Source: Acidimicrobiia bacterium
GTDB taxonomy: Bacteria > Actinomycetota > Acidimicrobiia > Spongiisociales > JAHEDJ01
NCBI GenBank assembly: GCA_029210695.1
Contig: JARGFH010000023.1
Coordinates: forward strand, 1 to 52,238
Length of the DNA: 52,238 nt
Direction of reading: 5' to 3'
In this document: piece after piece, positions 37,711 through 46,533 of the stretch
Layout: each line of letters opens with the position of its first letter
Position numbering within the stretch: the stretch's first letter is position 1
Program-made: the position numbers and the translations under genes
The notes under the pieces: generated by a model
The model's database searches: none
What the model was told of the DNA's origin: nothing
The model's input: only the letters and a program-made list of their open reading frames with translations

Positions 37711-38408
37711 CGGTGCAACTCATTCCAGTCGAAGGCATCGGCGACATCGGAGCCGGGGACGACCTGGCCTCGATCATCCTGGATGCCATCCGCGCCGGAG
37801 GCACGTTGCTGGAAGATGGGGACGTGCTCGTGGTGACTCACAAGGTCGTTTCGAAGGCTGAAGGAGCGGTCGAAACCGGTGTCGAAGCCGATCACGACTA
37901 CCGGCGGATCGTCGAGCAAGAGGCCGTCTCGGTTGTCCGCAGGCGCGGCGACCTGGTCATAGCCGAGACGAGGCATGGTTTTGTGTGCGCCAACGCCGGA
38001 GTGGATCGATCGAACACGACGCCGGGCACCGTTGTTCTGCTTCCGCGCGATCCCGATAGATCCGCTCACAAGCTTCGCTCCAAACTCGAGCGGCACACCG
38101 GAGCCTCCCTAGGCGTCATTATCACCGACACATTCGGACGGGCCTGGCGGCGCGGCGTCGTCGATTTCGCCATCGGGATCTCCGGAGTGCCGGCTCTCAT
38201 CGACTACCGCGGCCGGCCGGACATGTACGGAAGGGTGATGGAGGTGACTGAGGTCGGCGTAGCCGACGAAATCGCCGCGGCGGCCGACCTGGTAATGGGA
38301 AAGTCCGATGGCATACCGGTGGCGATCGTCAAGGGCCTCGCACTCACGGCGCAACACGGCCGCGCCTCTGACTTGGTGAGGCCACCGGAAGAGGATCTCT
38401 TTCGGTAA
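37707..38408 (+). CDS. cofE: Coenzyme F420-0:L-glutamate ligase
   Basis: THKVVSKAEG, CANAGVDRSN, DTFGRAWRRG, ADEIAAAADLVMGK, EEDLFR. Confidence 0.95.
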   Translation: MTVQLIPVEGIGDIGAGDDLASIILDAIRAGGTLLEDGDVLVVTHKVVSKAEGAVETGVEADHDYRRIVEQEAVSVVRRRGDLVIAETRHGFVCANAGVDRSNTTPGTVVLLPRDPDRSAHKLRSKLERHTGASLGVIITDTFGRAWRRGVVDFAIGISGVPALIDYRGRPDMYGRVMEVTEVGVADEIAAAADLVMGKSDGIPVAIVKGLALTAQHGRASDLVRPPEEDLFR

Positions 38409-38529
38409 CTTGCACAACGGCCACGGAACCGGGAGGCGGCCACTCGAGTATCGCGGAAATGAGTTATAAGTTTTAGGTTATAGGTTCTGCCAGCCGGGTC
38501 TGGCGCTGCCGGCACCAGAACGTAAAACG

Positions 38530-38639
38530 TAGAACCCAGAACCTATGACCTCTTCGCGAACCACTCCAGGGTCCTGGCCAGTCCCTCCTCGAGTGGGGTC
38601 CACGCCTTCCAGCCCAGGCTGCGTTCCGCGGCACCAGGA
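38530..38639 (-). repeat. 110-bp direct duplicate of the epimerase 3' end and stop region (partner 38733-38842)
   Basis: 106/110 identical at offset 203. Encodes PGAAERSLGWKAWTPLEEGLARTLEWFAKRS*. Confidence 0.95.
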
Positions 38640-38745
38640 CCGCGCACGGAGCGGAGCGACAAGTTTTGCTGTCGCGGTTCTGAGTGGAGAGTATGGGGTT
38701 CTGCCGGCTAGGTAGGGCTGCCACCTAGAACCTAGAACCCAGAAC

Positions 38746-39693
38746 CTATGACCTCTTCGCGAACCACTCCAGGGTCTTAACCAGTCCCTCCTCGAGTGGG
38801 GTCCACGCCTTCCAGCCCAGGCTGCGTTCCGCGGCACCGGGATCGAGTAGGGAGCGATCGACATCGCCGGGACGGCGGTCGTTGAAACGAGGACCTTTCC
38901 GGAAGCGAGCGAGACGAGCAATGGAATCGTAGAGTTCGCTCACCGAGGTCTCGACACCGGAGCTGATATTGAGGTTTCGCCCGCTTCCCCTGGAGGCGGC
39001 CCGGAGGAAGGCGTCGGCCACATCGTCCACGAACACGAAGTCCCGGGTGGCCGTTCCGTCCCCGAATATCGTCGGTTGCCTCCCGCCGGTGACCGCAGCC
39101 GCGAAGATTGCGACTACCCCTCCTTCACCCGAGGCATCCTGACGCGGCCCGTAGACATTTGCCGGGGCCAGCACCACGAAGTCGAGGCCGTGCTGGACTG
39201 AGAACACATGCGCGTAGTCCTCGATCGCCTTCTTGGCCGCGCCGTACGGGGAATCGGGGTGCCTTGCATAGGTCTCCCTGGCAGGAAGTTTCACCGCGCT
39301 GCCGTACGTCGCCGCAGAACCGGCCAGCACTATCCGTTCAGCGCCGGATCGATGCGCGGCAGTGAGGACGTTGATAGTCCCGAGGATGTTCACGTCGGCA
39401 TCCCGATGCGGATCGAGCACCGAGGCTGGAACAGAGACCTGAGCGGCGAGGTGATAAACGACGTGGGGGTGGAAATGCTCGGCAACGCCGACCACGGAAT
39501 CTTCGCGGATGTCGAGCGTGTGGAGCTTCACGCGCCCACGCTGACGGGAAGCACTGAGATGGTCGGCGTGGCCACTGCTCAGGTCATCGACGACGAGGAC
39601 CTCCCATCCTTCGTCGACCAGCAGGTCAACGAGGTTCGACCCGATGAACCCTGCTCCACCCGTGACGAGCGCACGGGCGGTTGGTTCGATCAC
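38746..39693 (-). CDS. NAD-dependent epimerase/dehydratase (UDP-glucose 4-epimerase-like)
   Basis: VTGGAGFIGS, HLAAQ, YGAAK (YxxxK), NVYGPRQ, RDFVFVDDVA. GTG 39693 overlaps the ugd TGA. Confidence 0.93.
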   Translation of the reverse strand: MIEPTARALVTGGAGFIGSNLVDLLVDEGWEVLVVDDLSSGHADHLSASRQRGRVKLHTLDIREDSVVGVAEHFHPHVVYHLAAQVSVPASVLDPHRDADVNILGTINVLTAAHRSGAERIVLAGSAATYGSAVKLPARETYARHPDSPYGAAKKAIEDYAHVFSVQHGLDFVVLAPANVYGPRQDASGEGGVVAIFAAAVTGGRQPTIFGDGTATRDFVFVDDVADAFLRAASRGSGRNLNISSGVETSVSELYDSIARLARFRKGPRFNDRRPGDVDRSLLDPGAAERSLGWKAWTPLEEGLVKTLEWFAKRS

Positions 39694-40961
39694 CGACCGA
39701 CTCCCCAATAGCGAAGGCCGCTTCGCCGTACGGTCGAAGGCTCAAGCAGGTTTCGCCCGTCGATGACTGCATCGCCGGCCATTGCTTCACGCACCAAGCT
39801 CAAGTCGAGATCGGCGAACTCCGGCCACTCGGTGGCGATGAGAAGCGCATCTGCTCCGTTCACAGCCTCGAGGGGGGAAATGGCGATTTCGATACCGGGC
39901 AGGTCAGGAGCGACGCCGGGATCGTGCGCCGTGACGTGCGCCCCCGCGGCAACCAGCAAGTTCGCCATGTCGACGGCCGGTGACTCACGTAGATCGTCGG
40001 TGCCTGCCTTGAATGCGAGCCCCCAGATCGCGATCTGTTTGCCGTTCAGATCGCCGCCAACCGCCACCCTGACTTTGTCGAAGAGCTTCTGCCGTTGCTG
40101 GCGATTGGCTTCGATGACTTCCTCGAGCAACGTGAACTCGTAACCGGCGGAAGACGCAATGTGCGCCAGTGCGCGCGTGTCTTTCGGAAGGCACGAGCCA
40201 CCAAAACCTGGTCCGGGCTGCATGAAATGGAATCCAATTCGTGCGTCGTGCCCCATGCCGTGAAGCACATCCTGGACATCCGCGCCTACCGCTTCACAGA
40301 TGTTGGCGATTGAGTTGGCAAAGGCGACCCTGGTCGCCAGGTATGCGTTGGAGCCGTACTTGATCATCTCCGCCGATGCCGGATCAGTCTCGACGATCGG
40401 GGCATCCAGGCCGCGATAGACCTCCTTGAGGATCTCTAGCGCGGAATCGGAATTTGCACCGATGACGATCCGGTCGGGGTTCTTGAAATCAGACACGGCC
40501 GTTCCCTCGCGCAGGAACTCCGGATTGGAGGCAACCACGGCGTCGATGTGGCGACGCTGCAGAAGGGCTTGAGCCTTTTTGGTGGTCCCGACGGGAACCG
40601 TCGATTTCATCACCACGACTGCTCCCGACTCGAGCTCAGGGGCAATCTCATCGAGCGCGCGCCACACATATGAGAGGTCCGCTGATCCATCGGTCGCTTC
40701 CGGTGTCGGTACGGCGAGATACACGATTACGGCACCCTGCGCCGCCTCAGCTCCCGTCCGATGTACCGACAGACGACCCTCATCGAGCGCCTTCCGAAGA
40801 AGCGGCTCCAATCCTGGCTCCGAAATCGGTGACGTTCCGGCTGCGAGCATTCCAAAGCGGTCGGGATTCGACTCACCTAGCCGTACTTCGTGACCGAGAC
40901 CCACGAGCCCCACGGCTTGCACGAGGCCGACATATCCAGCTCCAACTACTGCGACCTTCAC
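39690..40961 (-). CDS. ugd: UDP-glucose/GDP-mannose dehydrogenase
   Basis: GAGYVGL, KSTVPVGT, SNPEFLREG, GFGGSCLPKD, AFKAGTDDLRESP. AGGAAGG SD before GTG 40961. Confidence 0.95.
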   Translation of the reverse strand: MKVAVVGAGYVGLVQAVGLVGLGHEVRLGESNPDRFGMLAAGTSPISEPGLEPLLRKALDEGRLSVHRTGAEAAQGAVIVYLAVPTPEATDGSADLSYVWRALDEIAPELESGAVVVMKSTVPVGTTKKAQALLQRRHIDAVVASNPEFLREGTAVSDFKNPDRIVIGANSDSALEILKEVYRGLDAPIVETDPASAEMIKYGSNAYLATRVAFANSIANICEAVGADVQDVLHGMGHDARIGFHFMQPGPGFGGSCLPKDTRALAHIASSAGYEFTLLEEVIEANRQQRQKLFDKVRVAVGGDLNGKQIAIWGLAFKAGTDDLRESPAVDMANLLVAAGAHVTAHDPGVAPDLPGIEIAISPLEAVNGADALLIATEWPEFADLDLSLVREAMAGDAVIDGRNLLEPSTVRRSGLRYWGVGR

Positions 40962-41043
40962 GTCGTTCCTTCCTGGAGAACATCGCTTTCTGCCAACGCC
41001 GGCCGTGATGACGGCACTGAAGGGCACCAAGGCCCGCGAAAGA

Positions 41044-42333
41044 TCAGGAGGCGTCGGACCCGAGAATGATACGCACATCCACCCCGGGCGTCAGCGTTCC
41101 CGAAACGACTTCCCCGAACCCCAACGACTCGACGATCAGGCCACCAATTGAAGCATTCCCTGGCGAAACGATCAGCTGAGTGATCGGGTGGTCGAAAGAT
41201 GTGGCATCGCCAATCGACTCGATCACAAAACCGTCGGCGCCGAGCTTCTCTGCCCACCGTCCGGCGATCCCGGCGACCCCACTACCGTTCAAGACTTCGA
41301 GGCGAACGTCCGAGGGATTCACCGCGGCAGAGACGGCGCCGCCCGCCGCAAACTCGCGCAGAAGATCGGAGGCGGCCGGCTCAACCGGCACTTCATAGGA
41401 GATGCCGCCGATGTTGCTGGTGGACGTCGGATAGATGAAGGCCTCTATACCGCCAGGGCGAATGCCGCGCATCGCCCAGGCGAGTTCGAGCACACCGCGA
41501 TCGACCAGAGCCGCGTCCACCTCGAGATGACTGCCGATCGCAATCACGACCTCTTCTGCCTGCGTGATCGTCGACGGCCGCTTAATCTGCGAAAGAATCG
41601 CGAACACCAACTCCTGCTGCCGGCCCATTCGACCGATATCGCTGGCATTCGCCGACCTCCAGGTACCGTCACGCAGCTCCTGGTAGCTCCGGGAGCGCGC
41701 GTAGGCCAGTGCCATCTCGCCGTCCAGAACCTGCTGACCTGCAGGCACATCGAGACCGGACTTCAGGTCCCTGGCCGGGTGGGCGAAGTTGATCGTCACC
41801 CCGCCCACCTCTTCGACAATTGCGGCGAACCCGCCGAAGTCCACCTCAACGTAGTGGTGGACCGGAAGGCCGGTGACCGCCCGGACCGTCGACACCAGCA
41901 AGCGTCCACCCCCATATGCGTAGGCGGCGTTGATCTTCTGAGTGCCGTAGCCCTCGATCTCGACCTTGAGGTCGCGCGGGATGCTCAGCAGTTGAGCCGT
42001 GTCGTCCTCCGGCTGCACCTGGACCAGCATGATCACGTCGGCGCGCTGCCCGGCGGCCGAGCCGAAGTGGTCTTCGAAGTCGCCCGGGATGTTCTCCCGA
42101 GAATCGCTCCCGATGACCAGGAACGTCGATGGATCGGAGGACTGCTCCGGCGACGCCGATAGCTCCCTTACAACGTCCTCATTCACCGTTACCGCGTTCT
42201 CGAACGTCGACTCGAGGTTGTGGAGGTAGAAGTATGCGCCGAACACGACCACATTCGCCAGCACGAGCAGGGTGACGAAGGTGCGCCGGGTCCGTGAGAC
42301 CCGGCGATGAGAAGGCGGGGAGCTGTTGCTCAT
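41044..42333 (-). CDS. LCP (LytR-CpsA-Psr) family protein with LytR_C domain
   Basis: GSDSR, RADVIML, SIPRDL, KINAAY, YARSR, GRMGRQQ, C-terminal VLNGSGVAG. Confidence 0.94.
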   Translation of the reverse strand: MSNSSPPSHRRVSRTRRTFVTLLVLANVVVFGAYFYLHNLESTFENAVTVNEDVVRELSASPEQSSDPSTFLVIGSDSRENIPGDFEDHFGSAAGQRADVIMLVQVQPEDDTAQLLSIPRDLKVEIEGYGTQKINAAYAYGGGRLLVSTVRAVTGLPVHHYVEVDFGGFAAIVEEVGGVTINFAHPARDLKSGLDVPAGQQVLDGEMALAYARSRSYQELRDGTWRSANASDIGRMGRQQELVFAILSQIKRPSTITQAEEVVIAIGSHLEVDAALVDRGVLELAWAMRGIRPGGIEAFIYPTSTSNIGGISYEVPVEPAASDLLREFAAGGAVSAAVNPSDVRLEVLNGSGVAGIAGRWAEKLGADGFVIESIGDATSFDHPITQLIVSPGNASIGGLIVESLGFGEVVSGTLTPGVDVRIILGSDAS

Positions 42334-42352
42334 CGGTGCGTGAGCTTACCGT

Positions 42353-43054
42353 TCATCGAGTGAGACCGGATCCGTCATCTCTCACCTCCCAGACCCGACC
42401 GCTCATCAAGCGTTCAATCCCGGCGTCCGTCCGGACGAGGAGTGCCCCGTCGTCATCGATGTCTTCCGCTACTCCCACACCCCCCGGCTGCCAGCGAACC
42501 AGACGGCCGATCGTCGCGCACGACCGTCGGTATTCGATACGCCCCCAGTCTTCCGGACCAGAAACCATGCGCCGCAGCAGCGCCGATGCCCAGCATCGGG
42601 CAATCTCGAGGTGCACACCTTCACCAGGATCGACATCGAATGCTGCACCGTATCCGGCCGGAGGTTCACTCCACCACAGATTGATACCCATGCCGACCAC
42701 CGCCACTTCTGTGGACCCCTCGACCAGGATCCCCGCCACCTTGGTCCCATCTCTCATCACATCATTGGGCCACTTCAGGACGAGACCGGCGGGCAGGCAC
42801 TGGAGGGCACTCAGCCCCGCTACCAGCGGAAGCCGGCCCCACGTTTCCGGCGGCCAGAGAACGGCGAGCGCCAGCGAGGCGGCAAGAGCTCGGGGAGCCG
42901 TCTCCCATGAGGAGCCACCCCTCCCCCGTCCGGCAGTCTGACGGCGGGCGACCACCAGAACGGGCGTCCCGTCAAAGAGATCCCGGGCCCGGTCCTGGGT
43001 AGAAGAGGTCTCCTCGAGAGAAACCAGCACGTAATGTGTATCCATCTCGATCAT
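42353..43054 (-). CDS. birA: Biotin--[acetyl-CoA-carboxylase] ligase (no HTH)
   Basis: QTAGRGRGG, LKWPNDV, KVAGILVE, GMGIN. Confidence 0.92.
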   Translation of the reverse strand: MIEMDTHYVLVSLEETSSTQDRARDLFDGTPVLVVARRQTAGRGRGGSSWETAPRALAASLALAVLWPPETWGRLPLVAGLSALQCLPAGLVLKWPNDVMRDGTKVAGILVEGSTEVAVVGMGINLWWSEPPAGYGAAFDVDPGEGVHLEIARCWASALLRRMVSGPEDWGRIEYRRSCATIGRLVRWQPGGVGVAEDIDDDGALLVRTDAGIERLMSGRVWEVRDDGSGLTR

Positions 43055-43096
43055 TCCGAGGTCAATAGTCCGAAGCAGCTTAAAGGGGTCTCACGG

Positions 43097-44647
43097 TTGG
43101 GCACGGAAGAACGCATAGAAAACCTACGAAGGCTGCGCGATGAAGCGCTCCATGCGGGGAGCCAGCGGGCCATCGACCGTCAGCACGAACAAGGCAAACT
43201 CACCGCTCGTGAGCGGCTCGAGCTGTTGCTCGACAAGGGCTCGTTCCAGGAGATGGACATGTTTGTCCGTCACCAGGCATCCGGTTTCGGTATCGAAGAG
43301 AAGCGACCTGCTGGTGACGCGGTCATCACCGGATGGGGCACGATCGACGGTCGCACCGTGTTCGTCTTCGCCGAGGACTTCACCGTCTTCGGTGGCAGCC
43401 TCGGCAAGGCGGTCAGCGACAAAGTCGTCAAGGTAATGGACTTGGCGATGCAGGTCGGGGCGCCGCTCGTCGGGCTGAAGGATTCGGGCGGCGCTCGCAT
43501 CCAGGAGGGGGTCGCATCGCTCGCAGGCTACGGCGAGATCTTCGAGCGCAACACCAGGGCATCCGGCGTTATCCCACAGATTTCAGTGATCATGGGCCCG
43601 TGCGCCGGCGGAGCCGTCTACTCACCGGCCATCACGGACTTCGTCTACCAGATCGACGGCACCAGCCATCTCTTCATCACAGGGCCGGATGTGATCAAAG
43701 CTGTGACTGCCGAGGAAGTCACAATGGAGGATCTCGGCGGCGCGCATGCGCACGCCGGTACGTCGGGCGTCACGCACTTCGTGGCCGAGGACGAACCGGA
43801 CGCCCTCGAACAGGTCCGCTACCTGCTCTCATTCCTCCCCCAGAGCAACATGGAAGTGCCGCCCTACTTCTCTCCTTCCGATCCGCCCGATCGAATGAGC
43901 GACGACCTGGACTCGATGATTCCGGACTCCCCCAACCAGCCGTACGACATGGTCGATCTGATCAGCCATATCGTCGACGACGGCGAGTTCTATCAAGTGC
44001 ACGAGGATTTCGCCACAAACATCGTGGTCGGGTTCAGCCGGTTGGACGGGTACACGGTGGGCCTCATCGGCAACCAGCCCGCTTCCCTGGCCGGCACGCT
44101 CGACATCTCGGCCAGCGAGAAAGCCGCCAGATTCGTCCGCTTCTGTGATGCCTTCAACATCCCGCTCGTGACGTTTGTGGACGTTCCCGGATTCCTCCCT
44201 GGAGTCGACCAGGAACACAACGGCATCATCCGCCACGGCGCCAAGCTGCTCTATGCCTACAGCGAAGCCACCGTTCCGCGCATCACCGTCATCACCCGTA
44301 AAGCGTACGGGGGCGCCTACGTGGTCATGAATTCGCGCGGCATTCGGGCAGACCTCGTGTATGCCTGGCCGTCCGCCGAGATCGCCGTGATGGGCGCCCA
44401 GGGCGCCGTCAACGTGATCTTCCGGCGCGAGATCGCAGGTGCCGACGACCCCGACGCCAAGCGCTCCGAACTCATCGGCGACTACGAAGAGAAGTTCGCC
44501 AACCCATACAAGGCGGCCGAACTCGGACTTGTCGACGAGGTGATCGAACCACGTGAGACGCGGTCGAAACTGATTCGCGCTCTGGCGATGCTCCGCAACA
44601 AACGCGAAGAACTGCCGCCCAAGAAGCACGGGAACATTCCGCTATGA
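43097..44647 (+). CDS. Acyl-CoA (propionyl-CoA) carboxylase beta subunit
   Basis: DSGGARIQEG, GPCAGGAVYSPA, DVPGFLPG, RKAYGGAY, KKHGNIPL. TTG 43097 after AAAGGGG. Confidence 0.95.
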   Translation: MGTEERIENLRRLRDEALHAGSQRAIDRQHEQGKLTARERLELLLDKGSFQEMDMFVRHQASGFGIEEKRPAGDAVITGWGTIDGRTVFVFAEDFTVFGGSLGKAVSDKVVKVMDLAMQVGAPLVGLKDSGGARIQEGVASLAGYGEIFERNTRASGVIPQISVIMGPCAGGAVYSPAITDFVYQIDGTSHLFITGPDVIKAVTAEEVTMEDLGGAHAHAGTSGVTHFVAEDEPDALEQVRYLLSFLPQSNMEVPPYFSPSDPPDRMSDDLDSMIPDSPNQPYDMVDLISHIVDDGEFYQVHEDFATNIVVGFSRLDGYTVGLIGNQPASLAGTLDISASEKAARFVRFCDAFNIPLVTFVDVPGFLPGVDQEHNGIIRHGAKLLYAYSEATVPRITVITRKAYGGAYVVMNSRGIRADLVYAWPSAEIAVMGAQGAVNVIFRREIAGADDPDAKRSELIGDYEEKFANPYKAAELGLVDEVIEPRETRSKLIRALAMLRNKREELPPKKHGNIPL

Positions 44648-44680
44648 GTCGCGAGTCGTTCGTCGCGAGCGGCGAGCACC
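44647..44680. repeat. Degenerate heptamer run after the carboxylase beta stop
   Basis: agtcgcg agtcgtt cgtcgcg agcggcg agcacc. Confidence 0.5.
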
Positions 44681-44699
44681 GGGTCCTACCATGCCTCCG

Positions 44700-46451
44700 A
44701 TGAAGTCTGTGCTCATTGCCAACCGTGGCGAGATTGCCGTCCGGGTCATCCGGTCGGCGAAAGAACGGGGCCTGCGGACAATCGCCGTCTACTCCGAACT
44801 CGACCGCGACGCGCTGCATGTCCAACTCGCCGACGAGGCATGGAATATCGGACCCGCTCCAGCCGCAGAGTCATACCTGAACATGAAGCGAATCCTCGAG
44901 GTGGCCGACCAATCTAAGGCCGAATCGGTGCACCCCGGCTACGGATTTCTCGCCGAGAACGCGGACTTCGCCGAAGCGGTGTTGGCGGCCGGCCTGATCT
45001 GGATCGGCCCACCGCCCGATGCGATCCGGATGATGGGCGACAAGATCGCCTCCCGGCAGGCCGCCAAGAAGGCCAAGGTGCCGATGGTTCCCGGAACCAT
45101 CGATGCGCTCGATAATGCCGACGAGGCCAAGAAGGTCGCCGCCCAGTTCGGCTACCCGGTGGCCATCAAGGCCTCAGCAGGCGGGGGCGGCAAGGGCCTG
45201 CGGGTGGTTGGGAACGAGAGCGAATTGCAGAGTGCGATCGATGGCGCCAAGCGCGAGGCGCAAGCGTATTTCGGAAACGCGGCCGTCTATGTGGAGAAGT
45301 ACGTTGAGCAGGCCAGGCACATCGAGGCCCAGATAATCGTTGATGCCGACGGGAACGGCCATTTCCTCGGCGAACGCGATTGCTCGGTCCAGCGCCGCCA
45401 TCAGAAACTGATCGAGGAGACTCCCGCCGTAGGATTTCCAGACAAAGTCCGCAAGGCTCTGGGCAAGGCTGCGGTGGCCATCGCCGAGACGTGCGGGTAT
45501 CGGAATGCCGGCACGGTCGAGTTCCTCGTCGATCGCGAATTCAACTTCTACTTCCTCGAGATGAACACTCGACTGCAAGTCGAGCACACCATCACCGAAA
45601 TGGTGACCGGCGTCGATCTCGTCCAGGCGCAGTTGGCGGTTGCGCAGGGCGATCCCCTGCCGTTCACAGCCGTCGAACCCCGTGGACATGCAATCGAGTT
45701 CCGGATCAACGCGGAGGATCCGAGTCAGGACTTCCTCCCTACGCCCGGACAGGTCATCGACTATCGAGAACCCGCAGGGTTCGGCGTTCGCGTCGATAGC
45801 TGGATCCGGCCCGCCACCACCGTCAGCCAGTACTACGACAACCTCATGGCCAAGCTGGTCGTGTGGGGGGCTGATCGCGACGAAGCGATCCGGCGCGGAA
45901 AACGGGCATTGCAGGAGTACATCATCACCGGCGTCCGAACAACTATTCCCGCCCATCTGGCTGTACTCGACCACCAGGACTTCGTGGAAGGCCGTCACCA
46001 CACCAAGTGGCTGGAAGACTCCATGGATCTCTCCCGCATCACCTGGGAAACCGCGGCAGCCCTGCCCGAGGACGCGGACCTCACGGAGCGATCGATCATG
46101 GTCGAAGTCGGCGGACAACGTTATGACGTTCGCATGTGGACAAGCCAGATCCAGCCGGCCGCCGGAGGAACCCGCGCCGCCCCACGTCGGAAACCACCGA
46201 AGCTGGGAGGTCGGGGAGGGTCCGCCACCGGCGCAGATGCCGGCGTCCTCACGGCTCCCATGCAGGGGACGATCGTCAAACTGCATGTCAAGGCGGGCGA
46301 TCATGTCGAAGCGGGCGACCCGATCTGCATTCTCGAGGCGATGAAGATGGAGAACGAGGTGAGGGCACCGGTCGGAGGCGAGGTAGTTGACCTCAAGGTC
46401 CGGGCGGGAGATACCGTCACGCCCGGAGCGATCATTGCCGTGATTCGTTGA
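44700..46451 (+). CDS. Acetyl/propionyl-CoA carboxylase alpha subunit (biotin carboxylase + BCCP)
   Basis: LIANRGEIA, HPGYGFLAEN, EMNTRLQVEH, EAMKM biotinylation motif. TACCAT 7 nt before ATG 44700. Confidence 0.96.
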   Translation: MKSVLIANRGEIAVRVIRSAKERGLRTIAVYSELDRDALHVQLADEAWNIGPAPAAESYLNMKRILEVADQSKAESVHPGYGFLAENADFAEAVLAAGLIWIGPPPDAIRMMGDKIASRQAAKKAKVPMVPGTIDALDNADEAKKVAAQFGYPVAIKASAGGGGKGLRVVGNESELQSAIDGAKREAQAYFGNAAVYVEKYVEQARHIEAQIIVDADGNGHFLGERDCSVQRRHQKLIEETPAVGFPDKVRKALGKAAVAIAETCGYRNAGTVEFLVDREFNFYFLEMNTRLQVEHTITEMVTGVDLVQAQLAVAQGDPLPFTAVEPRGHAIEFRINAEDPSQDFLPTPGQVIDYREPAGFGVRVDSWIRPATTVSQYYDNLMAKLVVWGADRDEAIRRGKRALQEYIITGVRTTIPAHLAVLDHQDFVEGRHHTKWLEDSMDLSRITWETAAALPEDADLTERSIMVEVGGQRYDVRMWTSQIQPAAGGTRAAPRRKPPKLGGRGGSATGADAGVLTAPMQGTIVKLHVKAGDHVEAGDPICILEAMKMENEVRAPVGGEVVDLKVRAGDTVTPGAIIAVIR

Positions 46452-46474
46452 ACGGCAGAGCCGTTCAACGAATC
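46442..46474 (+). terminator. Perfect 15-bp hairpin spanning the carboxylase alpha stop
   Basis: GATTCGTTGAACGGC-aga-GCCGTTCAACGAATC. Confidence 0.7.
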
Positions 46475-46506
46475 GGTTCTAGGTTCTAGGTAATTAGGTG
46501 CGAGAA

Positions 46507-46533
46507 CCTCGTGAATCGGAACGATTCACGAGG
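46507..46533 (-). terminator. Perfect 12-bp hairpin spanning the lpdA-like stop
   Basis: CCTCGTGAATCG-gaa-CGATTCACGAGG. Confidence 0.7.

Noticed and set aside
38530..38842. DGR template/variable repeat pair
   Set aside because: The four differences are not confined to adenines of one copy on one strand, and there is no reverse transcriptase in the window.
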